A DNA stretch of 64,000 nt from an uncultured Pseudomonadota bacterium (GTDB taxonomy: Bacteria > Vulcanimicrobiota > Vulcanimicrobiia > Eremiobacterales > Eremiobacteraceae): NCBI GenBank assembly GCA_963736005.1, contig CAVTNB010000003.1:352001-416000 (forward strand). The letters are read 5' to 3'. Both the position numbers and the translations under genes were made by a program. The stretch's first letter is position 1. Every line of letters starts with the position of its first letter. Below the pieces are notes generated by a model that saw only the letters and a program-made list of their open reading frames with translations, had not been told where the DNA came from and did no database searches. Shown here one piece after another: positions 47,054 through 57,406 of this stretch.

Positions 47054-50000
47054 ATGAGAACCATTTACGTTTTTGCAGCGGTGTGCTCGCTGATGGTCAT
47101 GTTTTCGGACGCTGCTGTCGACGCCGGCACTACTGGGACGCTCTCGGTAAGGGTCGTTGACGTACATGTCGTGCCCGTGGCTGGGGCAAAAGTTTCCGTC
47201 GCATCTCCATCGCAAAACGCAACGGGCGTTACGGATGCCCGCGGGTTCCTCGGATTTGTCAACCTCTCGCCTGACACCTATACCGTTGTCGCGTCTAAAG
47301 AAGGCTACAGCCCAACCTCAGTCGAGGGCGTTACAATACAGGCCGACCAGAACACGTTTGTTCAAATTTTGCTCCAAGTCCAAGTCACGCTCTTGGGACG
47401 CGTCGTGACCTCCGCCCAAGCCATCGTCAACAAGTCCGTCACAGGCGATCTCTACGCTGTGAATTCGAAAGCCATGAGCCAGTATCAAGGAAGCATGGGT
47501 GGCTCTGAGACGCTCAACAGTCAGTTTGGCGTCATCTCGTCGCTGCCGGGTGTTATTCGCACCATTGGAACCGGCGGTGGATATTATGGGAACGGACTTG
47601 TGAGCGTCCGTGGCGGCACGCCGGATCAGATCGGATTCGAACTCGAGGGCGTACCCCTCAATCGCAGCTTTGACAAGTACAACGGCGGTTCGTTTGCGGC
47701 GAACGGGCTTTCGAGCATCGAGCTCTACACCGGTGGAGAGCCGGCCGATGCTGGGCACTCGATGTCCGGTTTCGTCAACGGGGTCATACAGCGGGGTTCG
47801 TATCCTGGAGGTGCTGATTTCTCAGGCTTCGTCGGAGCACCGGCATTCAACCACACCGTCCAGGCCGATATCTACGGTGGCTCGCCAGACCAACGTTTTA
47901 CTTACTATGTTTCCACGCTTGCTATCAATTCTGATGTCCGCTACTCAAATTCCAGCAACCTGGACAATACCTCGATATCGATTCCAGCGAACGATCCGGG
48001 TTGTCCAAATGTCAACCTCATCAACTTCTCCTCGCTAAATTGCGCCCAACCACATGTGATTAACCTCCCGATCTCGCAAGCACCACTTGAAGTGCTCGGC
48101 ACGACCACCGTTTCCACTCGCAACACAGTGGCCAATTTGCATTTTGCTCTCCACCATGGCGACCTAAGTGACGACCTGCAAGCGCTGTACATGGTCGACT
48201 ATACGGGCAGTCCGTTTCCCTACTCGGGCGCGACGATCGATCCCCACATAGCGAACGCCTCCAACGCTTTGGGTCAGATCGTGTGGCCTTCAGGAGCGCT
48301 GTACACCGGTGCATTGGGGCAGCCGTTCAATCCGACAGCTTTCCGGACTTTGACTTGGCCGTCTTCCGGGGGCGGCACCGGCTTAGTTCCATTGTGGTAT
48401 TACGATGGGCAATCGACGCAACAATCGATCGAGAAGGTCAGCTATACACATCTCTTCACTCAGTCTTCGTTCCTGCGGTTCTATGTTTATGGGCTCTACT
48501 CGCTATGGGGTTTCGATCAGGCCACCAACACGCTCGTGGGCGGCATCTACTACACCTTGCGCAACAACACGACCGGCGCTACGGCAACCTATCAAAACCA
48601 ACTTAGCGACCACAACCTCTTCCGTGCGGACGTCGACTACGAAAAGCAAGTTGGCTTGCGCTACAGCTATTCACCGGGCGGCGGTGTCCTATGCGGCAAT
48701 CTGAGCGCGGGCCAAAGTAGCCTGGTCTCGTGCACACCGGGGGCAACGGTAGCGCAAATTAAGGTGCCGTCGCATTCGTGGAACGACCTGCCCGAGATTG
48801 ACACAGATGCCGCCCTCTCGGACAAGTGGCAAGCCTCGGATCGGTTGCTCTTTGAGCTTGGGGTGCGCTTTGATCGCTTCCATCAGGGACTCGACTCCCT
48901 GACTATTAACGGGCCCAACGGGATCGCCGAGCAGTCGCAAAACCAATTCGGAATCTGCCTCGATGGTTTTGCCTACGCAGCTTCCCAGCCATGTCACGGC
49001 TACCTCATAGCCGCGGGTGTACCGGCCGTGTTGCCGGGCGCGGCTAACTGGCAAGACGTGACAGGCTCGCTTGACTTCAACGAGTTTAGCCCGCGCTTTG
49101 GATTGACCTATACCGCCGACTCGGCGGATGTCATTCGCCTTTCGGTTGGCCGCTACGTCGAAGCTCCGAACACGTCGTACCAAGAGTACGTAGGCGCACC
49201 GTTTTGGGGCGTCGCAGGCACGGTCAACGCACTGAACAACTACTACAGCGGCTTTGGGTTTTTAGCTGTGCACAACGTTCAACCTGAAGACAGCACGAAC
49301 TACGATCTTTCCTTCGAGCATCAGTTCTCTGGCGGATGGGCCGCAAAAATCTCACCGTTCTACCGCGTGACGCGCAATCAAATTCTCAATGCGCCTGCCA
49401 ACCCGCTGGCCCCGCAACTCACCACCGGATTCAACTTTGGCGCCGCACGCATTCGAGGTGCAGAATTCCTTATTGGGCACAACCGAACAACCCCAAACGG
49501 TCTCAACGTGACGCTTGCAGCGACGTATAACGATGCAAAGATTCGGTTCGAGCGAAATCTTACCGGGCACAATTTTATCGACGCGGTGAATCGCGCAATT
49601 TCGATCTATAATACAAAGTATGCAACAAACTTCCCGCTGTTCGACCCTAATGGATACTACTCACCTTCGGTCACCGAATCGCCACAGTACTTGACGCCCT
49701 CGTACGATGTCCGCTGGACGATCAATCTGGGGCTCGATGAGCGCTTCCAGGGCTGGGACCTAACGCCAACCTTCAACTACCAATCGGGGAACCCGTACGG
49801 AGATCCGCTGGGATTTCCGGATTCTGGCGCTCAATTGCTAAAGTACGGACCAGATCCGTATACGCATACGTTCGATGGATTTGGATCATTAGTTGGGCCG
49901 TCGTGGCTTACCATGAATCTAGGTCTATCACGCGACCTGGGGTCAAACACGAGAGGGACGGTCCTCGTTACCAATCTGTTCACGATGATCCACAATCATG

Positions 50001-50176
50001 GTTATCCGTGGGAGTTCCCGACGCGCTATCAAGTCTTATCGTACGGCGACAACAACTTCTACTACGGTTTCCCCTTCTCGGGATCGGAATTTCTTGGGGA
50101 GAATTATTACCCATACGCACCGTTCTCGCTAAACCCAGCCACGCAGCTCACCTTCGCGATCACAACCAAGATGTAG
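47054..50176 (+). CDS. TonB-dependent receptor-like outer-membrane protein with N-terminal carboxypeptidase regulatory-like domain
   Basis: AGGAGG RBS, signal peptide, NLSPDTYTV, SLPGV, SVRGG..IGFELEGVP plug motif, FSPRFG, PEDSTNYD. Confidence 0.85.
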   Translation: MRTIYVFAAVCSLMVMFSDAAVDAGTTGTLSVRVVDVHVVPVAGAKVSVASPSQNATGVTDARGFLGFVNLSPDTYTVVASKEGYSPTSVEGVTIQADQNTFVQILLQVQVTLLGRVVTSAQAIVNKSVTGDLYAVNSKAMSQYQGSMGGSETLNSQFGVISSLPGVIRTIGTGGGYYGNGLVSVRGGTPDQIGFELEGVPLNRSFDKYNGGSFAANGLSSIELYTGGEPADAGHSMSGFVNGVIQRGSYPGGADFSGFVGAPAFNHTVQADIYGGSPDQRFTYYVSTLAINSDVRYSNSSNLDNTSISIPANDPGCPNVNLINFSSLNCAQPHVINLPISQAPLEVLGTTTVSTRNTVANLHFALHHGDLSDDLQALYMVDYTGSPFPYSGATIDPHIANASNALGQIVWPSGALYTGALGQPFNPTAFRTLTWPSSGGGTGLVPLWYYDGQSTQQSIEKVSYTHLFTQSSFLRFYVYGLYSLWGFDQATNTLVGGIYYTLRNNTTGATATYQNQLSDHNLFRADVDYEKQVGLRYSYSPGGGVLCGNLSAGQSSLVSCTPGATVAQIKVPSHSWNDLPEIDTDAALSDKWQASDRLLFELGVRFDRFHQGLDSLTINGPNGIAEQSQNQFGICLDGFAYAASQPCHGYLIAAGVPAVLPGAANWQDVTGSLDFNEFSPRFGLTYTADSADVIRLSVGRYVEAPNTSYQEYVGAPFWGVAGTVNALNNYYSGFGFLAVHNVQPEDSTNYDLSFEHQFSGGWAAKISPFYRVTRNQILNAPANPLAPQLTTGFNFGAARIRGAEFLIGHNRTTPNGLNVTLAATYNDAKIRFERNLTGHNFIDAVNRAISIYNTKYATNFPLFDPNGYYSPSVTESPQYLTPSYDVRWTINLGLDERFQGWDLTPTFNYQSGNPYGDPLGFPDSGAQLLKYGPDPYTHTFDGFGSLVGPSWLTMNLGLSRDLGSNTRGTVLVTNLFTMIHNHGYPWEFPTRYQVLSYGDNNFYYGFPFSGSEFLGENYYPYAPFSLNPATQLTFAITTKM

Positions 50177-50266
50177 TGTCGCGATGACAACAAAAGATCT
50201 AGTGTCGCGAATTTATTCGCGACACTAGATTCGGTGTTTACGCGCGCGAATAGATTCGCGCGACTA
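50173..50266. repeat. Family-B REP-like cluster between convergent genes
   Basis: gtagtgtcgcga; ctagtgtcgcgaatttattcgcgacactag; cgcgcgaatagattcgcgcgactac. Confidence 0.85.
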
Positions 50267-50268
50267 CA

Positions 50269-52815
50269 TTAGTGTTTGAGCTTGGACTTGGATTCGAGGC
50301 GGTCGATGCGGTCCAACAAAATCTTATTGCTCTCTCGCAGCGATTCAATTTCTCCCCGCAACTCTTTGAGCTCGGCGGGCTTCTCTTGGTATTCAGCGAT
50401 CGCCCGTGCCGCGGTGGTCGCAGCACCTTTCAGCCGGCCTTCGACGTCTTGTGACGCAATGCGCTGTAAGACTGGGATTGCGGCAACGTCGTGCAACTCC
50501 ACCAGCGCACCAATGGCGGACAACCGAGCGTAGAAGTTCTTGTCCTCGAGCAAGTCCATCAGACGAGACCGCACCTTGCGGTTGCCCTGCCCTAGCTTGC
50601 CAAGTGCTGAAATCGCCGCTTCGCGCGCATACGTCGGCTTACCATACTCTGTCCAGTCGAGCAGCACGGGAATAGCACGATCGTCGCCAAGTTCGGCGAG
50701 TCCTTGCATTGCGCCGCTGCGAATGACTTCGTTGAATGACGTTTTCTCCAAGGCCTTTGTCAACAGCGCATACACCTTCTTGGATCGCGTCTTGCCTATG
50801 GCGAGCGCAGCCTCAGCTTCAACAAAGTACGAAGCGTCGCGCGCAAGCAGCATCGCTATTGCTTCGCACGCGGCGTCGCCACGAAACTCACCGAGCGCAC
50901 GTGTTACCGCTCTGCGCGCCTTGGGGTGGTCGACTTTCCTCGCCCGAACGAGCGCAGCAAACGCTCGCTCGCTGCGGATGCTCCCTAGTGCCGCTGCGGC
51001 TTGCGCCTTCACGCCCCAAAACGACCGGCCAGCCAACAGCCGGTCCAAGGCATCGACAACATCAGGCGCTGGATCTCTTGCCAGCGCACGAATCGCGTCC
51101 ACCCGTGCACACAAATTCTTGTCGGTCAAACTTTGGCGAATGAGCATCTCAAAGGGCACGCGCAACTCAACCGTCTTGAGCACGTCGCCGTCAGGATCGA
51201 AGCAAAAAATCTCCGGACGCTTGGGGAGCGCAAAGTTGAACGTCTGCTCCCGCTGCTCCAGCTCGATCTTGAAGCGCTGCTCGGCCTTGCCCGTCACAAA
51301 CGCCACAGTCATAGGAAGCGTGAAGACGGGCGTCCCGTCCTCTGGGTCTTGCGTTTGTTCGACCCGCACCGCGGCAGATTTTGTTTTTTCATCCCACGTA
51401 TAGTGAACGCGAAACGACGGATGGCCGCCGTGGAACACCCACTGATCGAAAAACGGCAGCATGTTCTTGCCGGTCACGGTCTCGATGGAGCGAATGAAGT
51501 CGATGGTCTCCACATTGCCCAGCTTGTGCTCCGAGACATAATGGTAAATGGTTTGCCACCACAACTGGTCGCCCAGCGTCCGTCGAATGAGGTGCAGCAC
51601 GCACGCAGCCTTTTCGTACAGATGACGGTCGAACAGATCGATTGGCTCGATGTACACGTTGGTGACGATCGGCCGGCGGTATTTCTTGATGTCCTCTTCA
51701 AAATAGCGCTGTGCAAGCATGAGCCGGTAGTAGTCAAACTCGTCTTCGCCTTGGTCGAACTCGCGAAAGAGCGCCTCGAAGTAGGTTGCGAAGCCTTCGT
51801 TGAGCCACGCGTGCGACCAATCTTTGCAGGTCAAGAGATCGCCGAACCATTGATGCGCAAGCTCGTGCGCAACGAGGCTATCGCTCGAGAAATCGAGATG
51901 AGCGCGCGCATCGTGCAGCGTCGTGTCGGTCTGCGTCGTCGCGCTCGTGTTCTCCATGCCACCAAAAATAAAGTCCGTGACGGCGATCTGCGCGTACTGT
52001 GCATAGGGGTATGGCACCCCGATGCGATCCGAATAGAACTTCACCATCTTCGGGGTCTTGCCGAAGGAGCGCTCGCCATCCGCTTCGCGGCCTGGAACGA
52101 CGTAATAGGAGACCGGAAGATCCCCGAGCATCTCGGTCTCCTCGGAAAACTCACCCGCCACGCACGAGACCAGATACGTCACGTGCGGCGTGTCCATTTT
52201 CCAATGATATGTCTTGGTTTTTGCCTTCGTATCGCCCGTCGTTGAGACCAGCGCTCCATTGCTCAACACAAAAAAGTTGGCGGGCACCTTCGCGATGAGC
52301 TCGGTTGTTGCTTTGGCATTGGGATAGTCGATGCACGGGAACCAGTAGTGGGCGTCTTGATCTTGTCCTTGGGTCCACACCTGGACCGGCTTGCGCGGAT
52401 AACCCTTGTCAGGGGAAATGAAATAAATGCCCTGGGTTGGCTGTCGGGCCTCGTAATCCACGATCACCGTGCTCGACTTCCCGGGCTGCAGCGTCTGGTC
52501 GAGATCGATCAGCAGCTTGCCAGCGGCAAGCTCGAAGGACAGCTTTTTCCCGGACGCGCTGCGCGCAGCCTTGATATGCAGGTGGTCGGCATCCATCTCG
52601 AGCGAATCCAGCGATTTGCCGACCGCACGGAACGTCGTGCGGCAGCTGCCAAAGAGCACGTGGTCTTTGAAATCAAACGAGACTGTCAGCGCGATGTGCT
52701 CGATGGCCGCGGGCCGATCCGGTGCGTAGCGCGGTTTGGTACCCGGTAGGGCAAAGGGTCGACGACCGATGGAGTAATCTCCAACGTCCGCGCGACGGCA
52801 ATACGCTTCGTTCAT
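50269..52815 (-). CDS. pepN: M1 family aminopeptidase N with C-terminal HEAT repeats and coiled coil
   Basis: WFPC.D.P, GGMEN, HELAHQWFG, WLNEGFATY, YEK. Confidence 0.93.
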   Translation of the reverse strand: MNEAYCRRADVGDYSIGRRPFALPGTKPRYAPDRPAAIEHIALTVSFDFKDHVLFGSCRTTFRAVGKSLDSLEMDADHLHIKAARSASGKKLSFELAAGKLLIDLDQTLQPGKSSTVIVDYEARQPTQGIYFISPDKGYPRKPVQVWTQGQDQDAHYWFPCIDYPNAKATTELIAKVPANFFVLSNGALVSTTGDTKAKTKTYHWKMDTPHVTYLVSCVAGEFSEETEMLGDLPVSYYVVPGREADGERSFGKTPKMVKFYSDRIGVPYPYAQYAQIAVTDFIFGGMENTSATTQTDTTLHDARAHLDFSSDSLVAHELAHQWFGDLLTCKDWSHAWLNEGFATYFEALFREFDQGEDEFDYYRLMLAQRYFEEDIKKYRRPIVTNVYIEPIDLFDRHLYEKAACVLHLIRRTLGDQLWWQTIYHYVSEHKLGNVETIDFIRSIETVTGKNMLPFFDQWVFHGGHPSFRVHYTWDEKTKSAAVRVEQTQDPEDGTPVFTLPMTVAFVTGKAEQRFKIELEQREQTFNFALPKRPEIFCFDPDGDVLKTVELRVPFEMLIRQSLTDKNLCARVDAIRALARDPAPDVVDALDRLLAGRSFWGVKAQAAAALGSIRSERAFAALVRARKVDHPKARRAVTRALGEFRGDAACEAIAMLLARDASYFVEAEAALAIGKTRSKKVYALLTKALEKTSFNEVIRSGAMQGLAELGDDRAIPVLLDWTEYGKPTYAREAAISALGKLGQGNRKVRSRLMDLLEDKNFYARLSAIGALVELHDVAAIPVLQRIASQDVEGRLKGAATTAARAIAEYQEKPAELKELRGEIESLRESNKILLDRIDRLESKSKLKH

Positions 52816-52843
52816 TAATTTTCCTTAGGTCAAAGAATGCTTG

Positions 52844-52868
52844 AGCGGACTTCAAGATCCGCTGCTGC
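52844..52868 (-). repeat. Family-C REP-like variant
   Basis: agcggacttcaagatccgctgctgc. Confidence 0.6.
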
Positions 52869-52950
52869 TATAATTGCGGTGCGAGCAATTTAGCCAGCCA
52901 GGCTCGAGAATCCATCTAGATGCGTGGCCCGCTGCGATTTTTCTCGTTGT

Positions 52951-55014
52951 CTATTTTGCGGCGGCCGCCATCTCTTTGCGTTCGGCCGTGACGATTTGCA
53001 CGACCTTAGGCGGAGCAAACTCGAAATGATCGTGCTCCGCTGTGTAGTAACCGAGGCCTTGGGTGGCCGTGCGCAGCTCGGTTAAATATCGCGGCATTTC
53101 CGATTGCGGCACGAGCGCTTTGACGACATCTGCGCCTCGGCGCTCTTCGCTCGGACCGTAGTTGAGAATCTGGCCGCGGTGACCGCTGATTTGTTGCAGC
53201 ACCGTGCTCGTGTACGTGGTTGGCACGGTGATCTCAACTCGTTGAATCGGCTCGAGCAGCACGGGATGACATTTTGGCATGCCCTCGCGCATGGCGAGCG
53301 AAGCTGCAAGTTTGAAGGACATTTCATTCGAGTCGACGCTGTGGTACGAACCGTCGTAGAGCGTCACCTTAAGGTCCACCACCGGGAAGCCTCCCAACGG
53401 CCCGCGTTCGAGCGCTTCCCGCACGCCTTTTTCGACGCCTGGAAAAAACTGCTTCGGTACAGAACCGCCGACCACACGCTCGTCAAATTTGAAACCAGAA
53501 CCGCGAGGCAACGGCTCGATCTCAATGTGAACATCGCCGAACATGCCGTGGCCTCCGGTTTGGTGCTTGTATCGGCCCTGCTGTTGCGTCTTGCCCGTAA
53601 TGGTTTCGCGATAGGGCACCGCGGGCAGCTGCGTGTCGAGCTTCACGCTGTACTTGCGCTGTAAGCGTTCCACGGTGACGGCGAGGTGCATTTCCCCATA
53701 GCCGCGCAGCACGAGCTCATCAGTAAACTCAGCACGCTCGACAACCAGGGTTGGATCTTCTTCGCGCATGCGCACGAGCAATTGTGAGAGCTTTGCTTCG
53801 TCCGATCGGTCGTGGGGACGCAATGCCAACGAGAAGGCTGCCTTCGGCAATTTGCGCTTGGGCATGATCGTCTTGTTTGCATTGGAACACAGGGTGTCGC
53901 CCGTGACGGTCGTATCGAGCCGCGCTATCGCCGCAATGCTGCCCGGACCGAGGTTGCTCGCGGTCGTCTGCGCCTTGCCGAGCAGCGCGTAGAGGCCGCC
54001 GGGGCGCTCCTTGACGTCGCGATTGACGTTGACAAGCGCGGTGTCCGGATTGAGCGTTCCAGAAAAAACTCTGACGATCGAAAGCTTGCCGCTTTGTGGG
54101 TGGACGATCGTCTTGCAGACTTGGGCGACAACCGGTCCGTTTGGATTTGGTTCGACAACTTTGCCAGCTTCATCATTGCGCCGCACTTGCGTACCGTCGG
54201 GAAACTGCCGGATGATGAGGTCGAGGAGCTCGGCGACTCCCCAGCCGCGGATGCCGCTGGTAACGAGCACGGGTATGATCTTATCGGCGCTGACATCTGT
54301 CGTGAGATCCTGTTCGACCTCTTCGAGCGGCGGCTCCGTGCCCTCCAAAATCTCTTCCATGAGGTGGTCGTCGAAATCGGCCAGCGCTTCGAGCAGTTGC
54401 TCGTGATTCTTGTCGGCAAAATGTTCAGGCAAGGTGCTGGGGCTTGCCACGCCGTCCGAATACTTGTACGCTTTCATCGTCACCACGTCGACGAACCCTG
54501 ACAGGTTCTCGCCTTGGCCAATCGGCGCTTGCTCGGCCACCACGTGGTTGCCGAAGCGCTGGCGCAGCGCCGCGTACGTGCCAACGAAATCTGCGCCGGG
54601 ACGGTCGAGCCGATTGATGACGAAGCAATGCGGCAAGGAGAGCGATTCGACATAATCGACGATCATCTCGACTTGCGGCAAACGGTTAGGATCGGCCTCG
54701 ACGACGATGATGACGGCATCTGCGCCGGCGAGTGCAAACTTGGTCTCCTCAAGAAAATCGACTGCTCCTGGGCAGTCGATGATGTTGACAGACACTCCCC
54801 CGCTTCGCAGATAGGCGAATCCTGGCGTGACCGACATTTGGTGAGCGTGCGATTCGGGATCGTGATCTGTCGTCGCGGTGCCATCGACGACTGAGCCTTT
54901 GCGGGGAATCGCTTGGGTGTGAGCGAGCAGCGCCTCGACGAGCGTGGTCTTGCCGCTGTGGTGCGGGCCGACAAAAGCGACATTCCTGATGCCTTGGGCT
55001 TGCGCTGCAGCCAT
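52951..55014 (-). CDS. Elongation factor G paralogue (EF-G2-like)
   Basis: GPHHSGKTT, DCPG, EEDPT, GEMHL, VPYRETI, KHQTGGHG, DGSYHSVDS, LLEPI; GGAGG RBS. Confidence 0.93.
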   Translation of the reverse strand: MAAAQAQGIRNVAFVGPHHSGKTTLVEALLAHTQAIPRKGSVVDGTATTDHDPESHAHQMSVTPGFAYLRSGGVSVNIIDCPGAVDFLEETKFALAGADAVIIVVEADPNRLPQVEMIVDYVESLSLPHCFVINRLDRPGADFVGTYAALRQRFGNHVVAEQAPIGQGENLSGFVDVVTMKAYKYSDGVASPSTLPEHFADKNHEQLLEALADFDDHLMEEILEGTEPPLEEVEQDLTTDVSADKIIPVLVTSGIRGWGVAELLDLIIRQFPDGTQVRRNDEAGKVVEPNPNGPVVAQVCKTIVHPQSGKLSIVRVFSGTLNPDTALVNVNRDVKERPGGLYALLGKAQTTASNLGPGSIAAIARLDTTVTGDTLCSNANKTIMPKRKLPKAAFSLALRPHDRSDEAKLSQLLVRMREEDPTLVVERAEFTDELVLRGYGEMHLAVTVERLQRKYSVKLDTQLPAVPYRETITGKTQQQGRYKHQTGGHGMFGDVHIEIEPLPRGSGFKFDERVVGGSVPKQFFPGVEKGVREALERGPLGGFPVVDLKVTLYDGSYHSVDSNEMSFKLAASLAMREGMPKCHPVLLEPIQRVEITVPTTYTSTVLQQISGHRGQILNYGPSEERRGADVVKALVPQSEMPRYLTELRTATQGLGYYTAEHDHFEFAPPKVVQIVTAERKEMAAAAK

Positions 55015-55146
55015 CATGACCTCCGCATCATTGAGAAAAGGGAGTGGGCTTTTCGACGCGGGTAGGAGCTTGCCTCTCGCCATGCGGGTCTGCGGCGCGG
55101 CACACGGGGGGTAGCAGCGGGAGGTGGCGCGAAAAAACGTTGTCCG

Positions 55147-55833
55147 ATGAACGCCCAGGCCACGCTGAACGTCAACGAGACGTTCGTTTCCATTCAGGGC
55201 GAAGGCGACCTGATCGGCGCGCCTGCGCTTTTTATTCGACTCGACGGCTGTCCGCTGCGCTGTTCGTGGTGCGATACGCCATACGCGTTGGCTGGTGACG
55301 CGGGGCGGCCCACGGACGTCGTTGCCTTGGCGGCGCTCGCTCGAAATCACAAGCGCATCGTTATTACCGGCGGTGAACCGCTCGCCCAAGACATCAAACC
55401 GTTGGTGACGGCATTGCGCGATGCTCATGTTACGGTCGAAACCAGCGGCACGATCTTCGCCGACCTGCCGGACGTGGCGCTCTTCTCGATCAGCCCCAAG
55501 GTTGGTTCGTCCGGCTACACCCCCAAACCGATCGTCCTCCGCCAGTTTTGCGCGAGTGCCGCTGGCCGCATGCAGCTGAAATTCGTCATCGCAAACGAAC
55601 TGGATTTGGCGCAGGCTCGAGCGCTGCTCCTCGCCATACGCGCAGATCTCCCACCGCGAACACCCATCATCTTGCAACCCGAAAGCGGCGAGGCGAACAA
55701 AAACAACTCCTATCTGTCGTTTTTGCGGTGGCTCACCGAAGCGGTGCTCGCAGATGAAACATGGAGCGACTTTAACGTCCGCGTGCTTCCGCAGTTGCAT
55801 TACTTGCTTTGGCACGGAGAGCCGGGCCGATGA
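55147..55833 (+). CDS. queE: 7-carboxy-7-deazaguanine synthase (radical SAM)
   Basis: FVSIQGEG, CPLRCSWCDT, ITGGEPL, VETSG, ISPK, PQLH. Confidence 0.92.
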   Translation: MNAQATLNVNETFVSIQGEGDLIGAPALFIRLDGCPLRCSWCDTPYALAGDAGRPTDVVALAALARNHKRIVITGGEPLAQDIKPLVTALRDAHVTVETSGTIFADLPDVALFSISPKVGSSGYTPKPIVLRQFCASAAGRMQLKFVIANELDLAQARALLLAIRADLPPRTPIILQPESGEANKNNSYLSFLRWLTEAVLADETWSDFNVRVLPQLHYLLWHGEPGR

Positions 55834-56192
55834 TATCCGTGTCGCTCACCTGTCACTTCGACGCGGCGCATCAACTCGTATTGCCGTATGATTCGCCGTG
55901 CAACCGCAGACACGGACACCGCTATACGGTTGAGATTACCGCCTCATCAGAAAAGCTGGAACATGGCATGGTCGTCGACTTCAATACGCTGCGCGAGGTC
56001 GTGGACGAGTTCGACCACTGCGATCTGAACGAACGACCGGAATTTTCTGTCACCGGTTTGGCGACGACTGCGGAAAATATTGCCTTTGTGCTGGCACAAA
56101 AACTCGAACACGCGGTTGGCCCGCGCGTGGCAATTGACGAGGTAACGGTGCGTGAAACGCCGCACTCGATGGCGCGTTGGAGGCGAGGCTAA
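55830..56192 (+). CDS. queD: 6-carboxy-5,6,7,8-tetrahydropterin synthase
   Basis: FDAAH, CNRRHGHRY, GMVVDF, FDH..LN, TAENIA, RETP. Confidence 0.92.
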   Translation: MISVSLTCHFDAAHQLVLPYDSPCNRRHGHRYTVEITASSEKLEHGMVVDFNTLREVVDEFDHCDLNERPEFSVTGLATTAENIAFVLAQKLEHAVGPRVAIDEVTVRETPHSMARWRRG

Positions 56193-56193
56193 G

Positions 56194-56217
56194 GCGCGAA
56201 TAAATTCGCGCGACGAC
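56194..56217 (-). repeat. Family-B REP-like palindrome
   Basis: gcgcgaataaattcgcgcgacgac. Confidence 0.8.
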
Positions 56218-56219
56218 GT

Positions 56220-56447
56220 CTAGCGGGCGTTGGTGTCGATTTCGATGTCGAGCTTATCGGCTGCGATCTCGGCGAACGCGGTCGTCACCGCCTTCTCGGG
56301 ATTGGCCCCTTCGATCGCAGGCTCGTCTCGGTTGACCAGTTGTTGGGCGCGCACGCGTGCTGCGTTAACGAGCAGGTACTTATTGCCCACGCGCGCCAAA
56401 AGCTGATCGATATCGCCAAATGATTTTGGTGTTTTCGTATCTTTCAT
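56220..56447 (-). CDS. rpoZ: RNA polymerase omega subunit
   Basis: IDQLLARVGNKYLLVNAARVRAQQL, KAVTTAFAEI. Confidence 0.9.
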   Translation of the reverse strand: MKDTKTPKSFGDIDQLLARVGNKYLLVNAARVRAQQLVNRDEPAIEGANPEKAVTTAFAEIAADKLDIEIDTNAR

Positions 56448-56519
56448 CAGACCAGACTCGTTCGACTAACAGCCGTGGGCGCCTGCCCGCGTTGTGCGAT
56501 CAATGGGTGATGGCGGTGA

Positions 56520-56951
56520 CTATTCTTGCAGCAACATCTCCAGAGTCCCGCGCATGGCGACAAGACCATCTTGGTTGGTCGCGGTCCCTTCGAACAAGAT
56601 AATCATGCCGCGCAGCGATTCCTTTTGGTATGTGTCGGTGACTTGCCAACGCAATTCAAGGTTGTCTCCCTCGCGAACCGCAGCGGTAAATCGAAAAGAA
56701 CACCCAAGACCAATGGCCGTGCCGCGCTCAGCGAGCCAGGAGGCTGCCATGCCAAGCATAAGCGAAATTGTCTGCTCGGCTGAAGCAATGCGTTTGCCGA
56801 AGCGCGAGCGCGCGCCTGAAGCTTGATCGTGATGCACGGGGTTGTGGTCTCCAGCCCTGTGCGCGAAATCGGCGACGTCAGCAGCATCGTACCGATGATG
56901 CTGCGAGAAGGTGTCGCCCGAAGAAACCCGTTGTGCCAGTGGTAGCGCCAT
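56520..56951 (-). CDS. MaoC-family hot-dog dehydratase
   Basis: DFA..AGDHNPVHHD, RFGKRIA, FTAAVREGD. Confidence 0.88.
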   Translation of the reverse strand: MALPLAQRVSSGDTFSQHHRYDAADVADFAHRAGDHNPVHHDQASGARSRFGKRIASAEQTISLMLGMAASWLAERGTAIGLGCSFRFTAAVREGDNLELRWQVTDTYQKESLRGMIILFEGTATNQDGLVAMRGTLEMLLQE

Positions 56952-56996
56952 AGTGGGTCCCTATTATGGAAGGTGCAAGCAGCGGTCCTTTAAGCT

Positions 56997-57025
56997 CAAA
57001 AAGGACGGCCTGAGCCGTCCTTTTG
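56997..57025 (-). terminator. Intrinsic terminator after the STAS gene (bidirectional geometry)
   Basis: aaaaaggacggc-ctga-gccgtcctttt. Confidence 0.8.
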
Positions 57026-57046
57026 ATTTCTTGCGCGCAGCGCGAC

Positions 57047-57406
57047 CTATGCGGCTTTGTGCAGCCCGATGGCGCGGAGCGCCTCTGAACCGCTGCGAAA
57101 GATGACAACCGAGGATGGAAGATTGGCGTGCGCGAGAACCTCGGCAAGCCAGCTATCCTTGGCGACAAAGGCCACGTGCAGGGTGGGTCGCTCTGCAATC
57201 AACTTGGCAACCGTCCCCGTCAGTTTGCCGACACCAATTTCATCAACGCTGGCCAAATCTTCGAGATCGATGATGAGGTCGCTGCCATCGAGGTGCGCGG
57301 CGTGAAAGAGAGCAGTCTGCACTGTGGGCGCCGCCGCGAAATCCAATTGCCCTTCAATTTTGAAGAGATTCCATTTCGTCGTGGCGGGTAATGTTTGTAA
57401 AATCAT
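57047..57406 (-). CDS. STAS-domain protein
   Basis: IEGQLDFAAAP, IIDLEDLASVDEIGVG. Confidence 0.8.
   Translation of the reverse strand: MILQTLPATTKWNLFKIEGQLDFAAAPTVQTALFHAAHLDGSDLIIDLEDLASVDEIGVGKLTGTVAKLIAERPTLHVAFVAKDSWLAEVLAHANLPSSVVIFRSGSEALRAIGLHKAA

Noticed and set aside
55018..55815. Long N-terminal extension of the EF-G ORF (954 aa in the track)
   Set aside because: The extension is antisense to queE; a GGAGG RBS supports a start at 55014-55017
55147..56192. 7-deazaguanine DNA-modification (dpd) defence island
   Set aside because: Only queE and queD are present among housekeeping genes, with no dpdA/tgt paralogue; ordinary queuosine precursor synthesis is the simpler reading
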